Assembly: GCA_019894975.1 (NCBI GenBank)
Contig: JAGXNO010000047.1
Coordinates: 1-25,668, forward strand
From: Promethearchaeota archaeon
GTDB lineage: Archaea; Asgardarchaeota; Lokiarchaeia; Sigyniarchaeales; SOKP01
DNA: 25,668 nt
Direction of reading: 5' to 3'
In this document: positions 18,552 to 25,668 of the stretch, in pieces
Numbering within the stretch: position 1 is the stretch's first letter
Layout of the letters: each line of letters opens with the position of its first letter
Translations under genes and position numbers: made by a program
The notes under the pieces: model-generated
What the model was told of the DNA's origin: nothing
The model's database searches: none
Seen by the model: the letters and a program-made list of their open reading frames with translations, nothing else

Positions 18552-19181
18552 TTAATTAAGAATTCTTAGGCTTTTAATAATTCTTAAGAAAAAATAATTG
18601 TCTTGAGTAATTCTGCTCTTCTCTTGTCTAATATTTTCTTTAGGAAGAAAAATGGTTCCTGCTGATTCTCTCTTTGGATAACAAAGAACCCCATCTCTTT
18701 TAACAAATGATTTAACATCTTTGGTTTGTTGAATAACTATAAAAATGCAAGTGCGGTTAATCCCTTTTTCATCCGTTAAATTCACATCAACTATTTCAAA
18801 AACTTTGTTGTATTTTCGAATATTTGTCCGAAGAATCTCATGTAATTCTTTTTTTTTATTCTCAACATCCTCAAGTCCTACAATCTTCCTAGGTAAAATA
18901 TCTGTTATTCCGATCATCAGTACTCCACCTCTTTCGTTGGCAAAAGAGCAAACGTCCTTGCATACCTCTAGCTTGCTTTGCTTAATATTTCTCCTATTTG
19001 GAGTCCACCAATTATAAGTTCTTTTAAAATCAAAATAAACTCTCTCCTTCTTATTTGACACATTTTTAACAAACTTCTCCCAGAAGACATTACTCTGAAT
19101 AACTGATAGCCATCTTGCGGTTTCTTCTTTAGAATATTGAACTTCTTTTTTGTGCAATCTGAAATATTTTAAAGTCTTCAT
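18552..19181 (-). CDS. Schlafen/AlbA_2 domain protein; reading frame open a further 52 codons upstream (to 19337)
   Basis: ERVYFDFK...EVCKDVCSFANERGGVLMIGITD..RKIVGL...YPKR is the AlbA_2 signature. Confidence 0.85.
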   Translation of the reverse strand: MKTLKYFRLHKKEVQYSKEETARWLSVIQSNVFWEKFVKNVSNKKERVYFDFKRTYNWWTPNRRNIKQSKLEVCKDVCSFANERGGVLMIGITDILPRKIVGLEDVENKKKELHEILRTNIRKYNKVFEIVDVNLTDEKGINRTCIFIVIQQTKDVKSFVKRDGVLCYPKRESAGTIFLPKENIRQEKSRITQDNYFFLRIIKSLRILN

Positions 19182-19367
19182 TTTGCCTAGATCACTTAGG
19201 AAATTATTTCTTAATTCTGAAAGAGTGTGAAAAGCTCCAAAAATCTTCTCACCGGTAATAATATCAAATTCTTCTTTATCAACGATATAGTCTATGGCTT
19301 CTAAATAACCATCGATAATAACATTGTTGAGCAGAAATTAATCTAAGAGAAAAAAAATTAAAAAAAA

Positions 19368-20558
19368 TTATTTAACTCGTCTCTCAAATACCACATGAGT
19401 CCTGTTTGGGCGACAATGAGGAAATATAGAATTTACCGCTTCCTCGTTATTTACTCCTTTGGAATTTTTCGTCCAGATGGCAGTTCCTTCGAAATATTTT
19501 ATTCCCCACATGGAGCGATTGGTGGCCTGACCAAAATTGTTTAGTGAAGAAAACACTCCTTTTCCATTATATCCTGTTCTTACCATTGCGGTATGCACAT
19601 TCACTCGGGTGACGTACTCAGAATTCCAACATTCGTAATAATCGAGTACTCCGATTAAGATCCCAATAAGTCTATTTGTCTTTCGTTCCAGAACCATTGG
19701 AAACATCGTGACCATATTTTCCAGATCCGCATCCTTCCATGCCTCGATAAATTCAGGAACATCTTTATATGCATCGAAAGGATCATAGACTTGCTCGTAT
19801 CTGAAAAACTGTTTTGGTACATGCGTGGCAAGATGTAATAACTCTTCCACGTTTTCTCTACCTCCTCCCGACGTATCTGGAAGTAAAGAGCTAAAGGAAT
19901 CTCCTGCAAGTTCTACTATTTCATCTAATTTTTCCTCAACCTCGTCCACGGGAAGACAGCACAGTTTAAGGTTCTTGTCCAACGAGTTTCCTTTTTTCCA
20001 TGATTCCTCTACCACACTCATGCAGGTATATTCAGATTCAGGTTCATATCCTAAATTTACAAGATATTCGTAAATCTCAGCATTTTCATTACTGGGAGCG
20101 ACGCCATACAATTTTTGTTCCTCATTACCTGTAACTTGTAATCCAAATCCCATTTCGTTTTTAGGAAAATTAATTGGTCCGCGAATCTTACGTAGCCTAT
20201 TTTCTTTTACAAATAGTTCACATTGAGTCAGAAGAATCTCACATATTTCCTGACTTTGAGCAATTAACCAACCAAAGGTTCCACATTTTCTTCCATAACT
20301 CTTATATTCAGGATTTAGATCAGATATTACCATGCCACAAGGCATATCATTGTAATAAGCGATAAATACCTTAATTCTATAACTTGAAGTTTGAAATTTA
20401 CTCTTCAAATAGACCAAAAGGCTTTTAATGATATTGTCTTTTATGTGGGAATTATGTTGCTGGAGTAATTCTCCTAACACTTCCTTTATCTCTTCTAAGT
20501 CCTGAATATCACTTATTTTAATATAGTTCTTTTGTATTTCTTGAACGGTTTGAACCAT
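19368..20558 (-). CDS. Tandem-GNAT acyltransferase, YghO/bacterial ceramide synthase (bCerS)-like
   Basis: GTFGW..., CELFVKENRLRKIRGPINF...GLQVTG...YEYLVNLGY; second GNAT motif AMVRTGYNGKGV and late NNEEAVN. Confidence 0.7.
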   Translation of the reverse strand: MVQTVQEIQKNYIKISDIQDLEEIKEVLGELLQQHNSHIKDNIIKSLLVYLKSKFQTSSYRIKVFIAYYNDMPCGMVISDLNPEYKSYGRKCGTFGWLIAQSQEICEILLTQCELFVKENRLRKIRGPINFPKNEMGFGLQVTGNEEQKLYGVAPSNENAEIYEYLVNLGYEPESEYTCMSVVEESWKKGNSLDKNLKLCCLPVDEVEEKLDEIVELAGDSFSSLLPDTSGGGRENVEELLHLATHVPKQFFRYEQVYDPFDAYKDVPEFIEAWKDADLENMVTMFPMVLERKTNRLIGILIGVLDYYECWNSEYVTRVNVHTAMVRTGYNGKGVFSSLNNFGQATNRSMWGIKYFEGTAIWTKNSKGVNNEEAVNSIFPHCRPNRTHVVFERRVK

Positions 20559-20636
20559 TGTTTATTCAATCTCAAGTTAGTATTTTTTATTATACTTTTT
20601 CTAGCTAGTACTATATAAAGAAAAAATGGGAAAAGA

Positions 20637-21890
20637 TCATACCACTATGTTAATTATCGGAATTTTTACAACTGCTTCTTGTGCTACCTTTTCTTTTTTA
20701 TAATAAAAGTAAGGTAAAATCCAAAAGACTGAGCCGGCTAACCAAATCGACAAGACCACAGTGATCGAAATCGAGATCATACCAATATTTCCGTGAATAA
20801 GAGAAGATATTAGGGTATTGCCTACAATCCCTCCGAGATTAATCATGATTCCATTAAGTCCGTTTACTGTACTTTTAAGATTAGGAGAAACAACATCCAC
20901 ACAGAGCGCAAATTGATTACCGGTACTGAAGAAGACAAAAAAGTATCCGAACATCCCAAATAAGATAAAAGGATAACTGTAGAATAGGAGTAATAAGGAT
21001 GCACCGAGAATAACGCCTATAATTGAGACATAGATCCTTCCTTCTTTAGAGCGTTTACTAAGAATGTCTCCCAGCATCCCACCCATGACAGCGCCTAGAA
21101 GTGCGCCTACCCCTGCAATTGTATAGAGTAAAATAGCAGATGATTTACTTCCTAATCGAAGGGATAGATGAAAGATTGCCCAATAAGAAATTACTGAAGT
21201 TGCAATCCCCGAACAGAATACAAACAAAAGAATGCCTACTACTGTTTTAGTTTTCACTAACTCGCGGATATCATTATATGATATTTTATACCTATTTTTT
21301 TCCGAGGAGTTCACGTGTCTTTCTTTCCGTAACGGTTTAGTACTAAAATACATAAACCTAAATAAAGTAAGTATCCCTAAGATTGAGCCGATTGCAAAAC
21401 TTATTCTCCATCCTAATACCCCTCCGAGAATAATACCTACACCATTTCCTAAGAATTGACCAACCATCATACTTCCAAACTTTACACCTCTTTGTTCCGG
21501 TTCGTATAAGTCTCCTATAATTGAAAATCCTATGGGAAGAAATGCCCCATTCCCCGTCGCCCCTATGATAATGAAAAGCAAAAATATTGTATAGGTGGGA
21601 GCAAATCCTATAAAACCATAAGGGATTATCCAAAGTAAATTAGTGGCCAAGAACAGTTTCTTACGGGTAAATTTTTCTGAAAGATACTCACTAAAATACC
21701 CAAAGACAAGCATACTGATAGTACTCGTAATTAAGGCACTTACTAACACAATTCCGATCCCGAATTGAGCAAGATCATTAAAATCGGTCATTAAGGTATC
21801 GATATTGGCAGGAATCGTCCCCAAGCAAAAGTAGATGCAAAAGTAAAAAGAAAGGATGAGTTGAAAGGTGGTATTTTTTTGAGATTTCAT
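20637..21890 (-). CDS. MFS transporter (417 aa from the ATG at 21890)
   Basis: About 12 hydrophobic segments; motif-A variants GYFSEYLSEKFTRKK and GMLGDILSKR; IIGDLYEPEQRG, GWRISF; SD AAGGTG before 21890. Confidence 0.92.
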   Translation of the reverse strand: MKSQKNTTFQLILSFYFCIYFCLGTIPANIDTLMTDFNDLAQFGIGIVLVSALITSTISMLVFGYFSEYLSEKFTRKKLFLATNLLWIIPYGFIGFAPTYTIFLLFIIIGATGNGAFLPIGFSIIGDLYEPEQRGVKFGSMMVGQFLGNGVGIILGGVLGWRISFAIGSILGILTLFRFMYFSTKPLRKERHVNSSEKNRYKISYNDIRELVKTKTVVGILLFVFCSGIATSVISYWAIFHLSLRLGSKSSAILLYTIAGVGALLGAVMGGMLGDILSKRSKEGRIYVSIIGVILGASLLLLFYSYPFILFGMFGYFFVFFSTGNQFALCVDVVSPNLKSTVNGLNGIMINLGGIVGNTLISSLIHGNIGMISISITVVLSIWLAGSVFWILPYFYYKKEKVAQEAVVKIPIINIVV

Positions 21891-21900
21891 GTAAAACACC

Positions 21901-22134
21901 TTATTCAAAAACAATAGGACATACTGGTTTCTTAAAGAATTCAAAAAGCTTAAAATTTACACTAGGTGAACAGTTGCCTTTCCTTTCAGCTAAAGGATTG
22001 ACACAGTTCCACTCATAACGGCTTCTATCAGGAGAAAATACTACCCCAAAAGGCATTGATGCGTGAGTACATATGAAGACATGATTTCTTCCTGATGGAA
22101 CTTCTTTTCTACATGTAGGGCACTCTAATGACAT
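21901..22134 (-). CDS. Small Cys/His-rich putative metal-binding protein (77 aa)
   Basis: MSLECPTC...HVFICTH...C...C...C; ends 10 nt before the MFS start; TATA-like element 44 nt upstream. Confidence 0.65.
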   Translation of the reverse strand: MSLECPTCRKEVPSGRNHVFICTHASMPFGVVFSPDRSRYEWNCVNPLAERKGNCSPSVNFKLFEFFKKPVCPIVFE

Positions 22135-22209
22135 TATGATCAATTCTTCTTATAATTAGATATGATAGAAGGCAAGAATATATAAAGAAAAAAAGGTGAA
22201 TTGCACAAG

Positions 22210-22797
22210 TTAAGGATAAAAATTTTTACTTCCGATCCCAATTTTATTTCGAGTCCTATGAAACGCATAGGCACTACAATTACAAAGCAATCGTAAGTTA
22301 GCCTGAATAATATTTTTCTCGGTGGATTGATCATTAATATCTGTCACAAACAGTACGACCGCAAGCTGGGTGGTAAATTGAGGTAAGAAACATCGTTTAT
22401 CAAGAATATTTTTCAAAATTCTTGCATTCTCTCTGGCTCGAGAAAAACTGAACACAGGTACCAGTCGATGAAGCCTATGAAGGTAGATCCTTAATTTTCT
22501 AAGGCTTTTCGTATAATCATAAGTAAATTTGTGGGAGCGAAGGAACCTTCTAAAATAGACAAAATTAACCAAAAATCTGGTAATTATAGTACGAACCAGG
22601 TTATACGGAAGTCTCACTATAGAGGCTACCCGCCTCATTTCGGATTCAGGAACCGCCCTAATCTTTTCAAAATCCTCAACAAAACAAATCTCACGACAAA
22701 GGCAATTAAGGACGGCGCTTTCCACTTCTCTCCGAGTTGTATGTAACTCAGATATTGGAGTAATCCACGTATGGTCTTTTTTTATTATTTGCGTCAT
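22210..22797 (-). CDS. Basic helical protein with C-terminal TFIIB/cyclin-box-like repeat
   Basis: PQFTTQLAVVLFVTD...IIQANLRLLCNCSAYAFHRTRNKI resembles the TFB repeat P..LAAA.LY.A...TQ..IA....VS..TIR.R...L. Confidence 0.55.
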   Translation of the reverse strand: MTQIIKKDHTWITPISELHTTRREVESAVLNCLCREICFVEDFEKIRAVPESEMRRVASIVRLPYNLVRTIITRFLVNFVYFRRFLRSHKFTYDYTKSLRKLRIYLHRLHRLVPVFSFSRARENARILKNILDKRCFLPQFTTQLAVVLFVTDINDQSTEKNIIQANLRLLCNCSAYAFHRTRNKIGIGSKNFYP

Positions 22798-22889
22798 AAC
22801 AATTGGGAAAAATATAATTAAATCTAAATATCTTTACAACTCATTCTATTTAAATAAAAAATAGTATAACGGTGTAACATTATATTTTT

Positions 22890-23981
22890 TTAGAATTTGA
22901 GTATGGCTTTCTGAACCCGTTTAGGGTTTTGTGGCAACCTGAGAAAGTAAGCCCTACACTGTTTGTAATTATACACTACCTTTTCAAGATTATTTTCCAC
23001 TCGTTCTTTATTGAGATGGTGGTCATTACATAATAAATCCATTACACGAGGTTTTAAGGGAAAGTTCCAATAAAAATCTTGATCTGAGGTATTTACATCT
23101 GGAAATAAAAATATTCTCCTAATTTTTTTAATAAGTTCAGGAGTAAGTTTATTAAAATCATATTTTTTTTTCTCTTGGATAAGAACTTTTTCTATCTGTT
23201 TGTATTTTTGTATATAGGTTAAAGCTTTTTTAGGCCCAATTCCTTTTATCCCTGAAAAATAATCAGTTCCGATCATTAACCCCATATCGACCAGTTGAAA
23301 TTGACTGATTCCTAATCTCTTTAGGTTTTTTCGCAAGTTAATACGAAAAGGAGTTATCTTGGTGTAACTCCATTTTCCCTGCACTTTCCTCCGAAGCGAT
23401 TTAGAAAGATTCTGTATTATTCGAGGGCAACCGAACAACAATGAATCAAAATCTTGGGAATTGGAATAACGAGCAATTTTTTGTCTCACTAAATAGGCAC
23501 ATTGCGATTCTGCCGAGGCAGGAGAGTCTATGCAGGGTACTCCTAACGCACTAAGCAGTTCTTTCGATTCTTTGATTATGTTTTGCCATAGATATTCTTT
23601 ACTTAAGGCTATTTGTCGCGCACTCTCTTTGTCTCCACTTGAAATTGCCTGCTCATACAATTGCTGAGTAAACCGAAAATCATTGAGTCGATCCTTAGTA
23701 ATCAATTTTTTTAGTTCAGAATCCCTTCCATCAAAGCAAAAAATGGGAAATATTCTTTTGGTATAATATAATTTCACCCGATATAATAGACCATAGAGAT
23801 GTGAAATCGGTCTTTGGGTTCTGTCTAATATCAAACCGGCATAATTTCCATCGTGATCCTTCCGTGCGAAATTAAACAGCCCCATAATAATATTAGGAGC
23901 GTCGACAGCAATAATCTTACCCGATAAATCACTGAAGCCAATAACTTCCCGTTCAATGATATTTTGAAGTTTAACTCCCAT
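22890..23981 (-). CDS. fen: Flap endonuclease-1 family nuclease, divergent
   Basis: MGV, GKIIAVDA, ISHLYGLLYR, FCFDG, AESQCAY, SQDFDSLLFG, IGTDY..GIKGIGPKKA (H3TH), degenerate C-terminal PIP box QKAILKF. Confidence 0.92.
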   Translation of the reverse strand: MGVKLQNIIEREVIGFSDLSGKIIAVDAPNIIMGLFNFARKDHDGNYAGLILDRTQRPISHLYGLLYRVKLYYTKRIFPIFCFDGRDSELKKLITKDRLNDFRFTQQLYEQAISSGDKESARQIALSKEYLWQNIIKESKELLSALGVPCIDSPASAESQCAYLVRQKIARYSNSQDFDSLLFGCPRIIQNLSKSLRRKVQGKWSYTKITPFRINLRKNLKRLGISQFQLVDMGLMIGTDYFSGIKGIGPKKALTYIQKYKQIEKVLIQEKKKYDFNKLTPELIKKIRRIFLFPDVNTSDQDFYWNFPLKPRVMDLLCNDHHLNKERVENNLEKVVYNYKQCRAYFLRLPQNPKRVQKAILKF

Positions 23982-24228
23982 ACTAAGTAATTGAAAAACT
24001 GATTTATTAAAAAGAAAAAGAATATCATAAAAAAGAATATATTATAATCGTGATGGTATTCAAGATAATAATAACTCGACAAGTAAGTTTAAAAGAATGT
24101 TACAAGAAATATCCAGTTCATATACCTAGTTTCCCTTTTATATCTTTGAGATTGTGGCAGACAATATCGATATTCCGAGCTCTGAACTATTTTATGATAG
24201 TGTATATTAAGAAAACAAAAATGTTAGT

Positions 24229-25146
24229 TTAAACCTCTGTTTCTTTTTTGAATTCAAAAGTGATAACAGCAGTATCTTGAATCCCTAACTTCTTACTTAT
24301 CTTTCTAAGGTAATTTATCCTTTTTTTCTTTAATAAATCATTAATGATAACGGTAGGCACAAAAGCTACTATCAAATAAAGCGGCATTCCCGACCATAGG
24401 ATTAAGCTTGGAATGTTAAAAATATTTCCAGGTAATCCATAATTAGCAACAAACCTATTAATAAAATCGCTTACAACTAAAATATAAGTAATAATAGCCC
24501 CAATACCAGCATAGCTTCTAAGAATTGTCTGAAACCAATCTCCTACGGAACGTAGTACAATTGGTTCTGAAGAATTCTCTACTTTCTTCTTATTTGAATA
24601 GATTATTCCAGAGTCTCTTAAAAACCAAACTGAAGAAAATAAAATTGAAGCTAATCCAAAAGTTAACATTAATAAAATTGCATCGGCGAAAAATCTTGTT
24701 AACATAGGGATTTTAGAAACATTGTCAAAAGTATTTGTTACATCTGCAGATAAGATAAATTGAACTACGGTAGGTGTTAAAAAAATAGAAGAAAGATTAA
24801 TAGCCATTAGTACTGGAAAAAAGCTTTGAGAAAATAGTTTTTCTGTTCGTTGTTCCTGTTGAATGCCATAATGCATCTTTGAACCATAAAATTTTTTGTG
24901 TAAGTATAAAATAATCGGACTTATTAGATAACCTCCAATAAATAATCCCACTAATGCAGAAAGAGGGAGTATAATAATGAATATAATTCCAAGTTCCAAA
25001 AGCACATCATTTAAAGGTACAAATCGAGTTAACGTTATTGGAATGACTGGTCTAAATAATATTTCTAGAATACTTATTATTACTATCCAAAAAATGATAT
25101 AAATAAAAAATAACATTATTAACTTTCTGTATTTAAGAGCATTCAT
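24229..25146 (-). CDS. Hypothetical integral membrane protein (about 6 TM)
   Basis: Long ORF with multiple hydrophobic helices; BRE/TATA-like AAAAACTTTATTAT ending 43 nt upstream. Confidence 0.85.
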   Translation of the reverse strand: MNALKYRKLIMLFFIYIIFWIVIISILEILFRPVIPITLTRFVPLNDVLLELGIIFIIILPLSALVGLFIGGYLISPIILYLHKKFYGSKMHYGIQQEQRTEKLFSQSFFPVLMAINLSSIFLTPTVVQFILSADVTNTFDNVSKIPMLTRFFADAILLMLTFGLASILFSSVWFLRDSGIIYSNKKKVENSSEPIVLRSVGDWFQTILRSYAGIGAIITYILVVSDFINRFVANYGLPGNIFNIPSLILWSGMPLYLIVAFVPTVIINDLLKKKRINYLRKISKKLGIQDTAVITFEFKKETEV

Positions 25147-25225
25147 GAAATCTAAAACGTTGGATAATTTTTTAAGAGTTTCTTATTAGATAATAAAGTT
25201 TTTGATTAATTTAATAATTTCACTT

Positions 25226-25388
25226 CTAGTCAAGTGTAGTTTTTTTTAAATAGCGTTTAAATTCTAACTGGATAAAAATTATTCCTATTATTAAACTAAT
25301 CGATCCAACAAAAATCTTAAAATAGTAGCTACCATCCTTTAACCAGATGGTATAACCAGCATAACCTCGAAAAAATCTTTATCTTCAT
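25226..25388 (-). pseudogene. Frameshifted or remnant small membrane-protein gene
   Basis: TATA 44 nt upstream, SD AAGGTGA and ATG at 25388 give MKIKIF. A +1 shift in a T6 run (25370-25375) joins it to RGYAGYTIWLKDGSYYFKIFVGSISLIIGIIFIQLEFKRYLKKTTLD*. Confidence 0.45.
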
Positions 25389-25390
25389 AA

Positions 25391-25414
25391 TTCACCTTCA
25401 TAATTATAGGTGAA
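25391..25414. repeat. Near-perfect inverted repeat overlapping the SD of the 25388 gene
   Basis: TTCACCT(TC)ATAA|TTATAGGTGAA: 11-bp arms with a 2-nt bulge. Confidence 0.6.
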
Positions 25415-25448
25415 CTTTAGATCTGTCTCCAATATTTAAATAAAAAAA

Positions 25449-25668
25449 TTAGCAATCATCTTCTAAGTCATCCATTATCGAATCGAAAAATCGCTTGGCA
25501 GTCTTAGGATCTTTTAGCTCTTCGAAGCCGTCTATAAATGCACCTGTCTCTCCAAAGGTTAAAATCTCATCGTCAGGGATTACACCAATGTGCCTTTTAT
25601 CAAACTCTAATAAACATTTAGGGCACTCGATTGAATCGGGATATTCAATTACTTCTGTTGCCTTACAT
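25449..25668 (-). CDS. Zinc-ribbon protein, copy 2 (5' truncated by window edge; absent from the ORF track)
   Basis: CKATEVIEYPDSIECPKCLLEFDKRHIGVIPDDEILTFGETGAFIDGFEELKDPKTAKRFFDSIMDDLEDDC*; 46 of 72 residues identical, ungapped, to 14638-14883 by manual alignment. Confidence 0.88.
   Translation of the reverse strand, partial: CKATEVIEYPDSIECPKCLLEFDKRHIGVIPDDEILTFGETGAFIDGFEELKDPKTAKRFFDSIMDDLEDDC

Noticed and set aside
42-24707. Short ORFs in the track that are antisense to or overlap the genes above (e.g. 42-230, 5057-5455, 8979-9356, 12834-13172, 13549-14025, 18745-19017, 22531-22746, 23831-24082, 24525-24707)
   Set aside because: They overlap well-supported genes and have no recognisable motifs, so they are treated as shadow ORFs.
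14232-25668. Integron cassette array (many co-oriented unrelated genes)
   Set aside because: No matching RYYYAAC...GTTRRRY attC pairs found in the intergenic regions I read, several genes have their own promoters, and no integrase is present.
1-25668. CRISPR arrays, tRNA/rRNA genes, IS elements
   Set aside because: No regularly spaced repeats, GC-rich structured RNA segments, transposase ORFs or terminal inverted repeats seen by eye.

Overview
AT-rich archaeal DNA, most likely from an Asgard archaeon (Lokiarchaeia-like). This is inferred from the archaeal FEN1, Lrp, F420-type and Hdr genes together with two small GTPases and a roadblock protein. Left half (1-14.1 kb): 3' end of a GTP-dependent PEP carboxykinase; a small GTPase whose P-loop lies upstream of the called ATG; an FpoF/FrhB-like F420-binding subunit; and, divergent from it, a ~10.8 kb operon hdrC-hdrB-hdrA(half A)-hdrA(half B)-mvhD(+wHTH)-[A+B+mvhD fusion]-metV-metF-lrp. 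The operon looks like a flavin-based electron-bifurcating methylene-THF reductase complex with a duplicated HdrA/MvhD core and no hydrogenase. Right half (14.2-25.7 kb): an accessory-looking block, almost all on the minus strand, bracketed by two paralogous zinc-ribbon genes. It holds a roadblock-MglA GTPase-HEPN(RxxxxH) operon next to a Schlafen/AlbA_2 gene, a bCerS/YghO-like GNAT next to an MFS transporter, a TFIIB-cyclin-like protein, a divergent FEN1 and membrane proteins. I saw no tRNA, rRNA, CRISPR array, integrase or transposase. All family calls come from recognising motifs by eye; no database searches were run.
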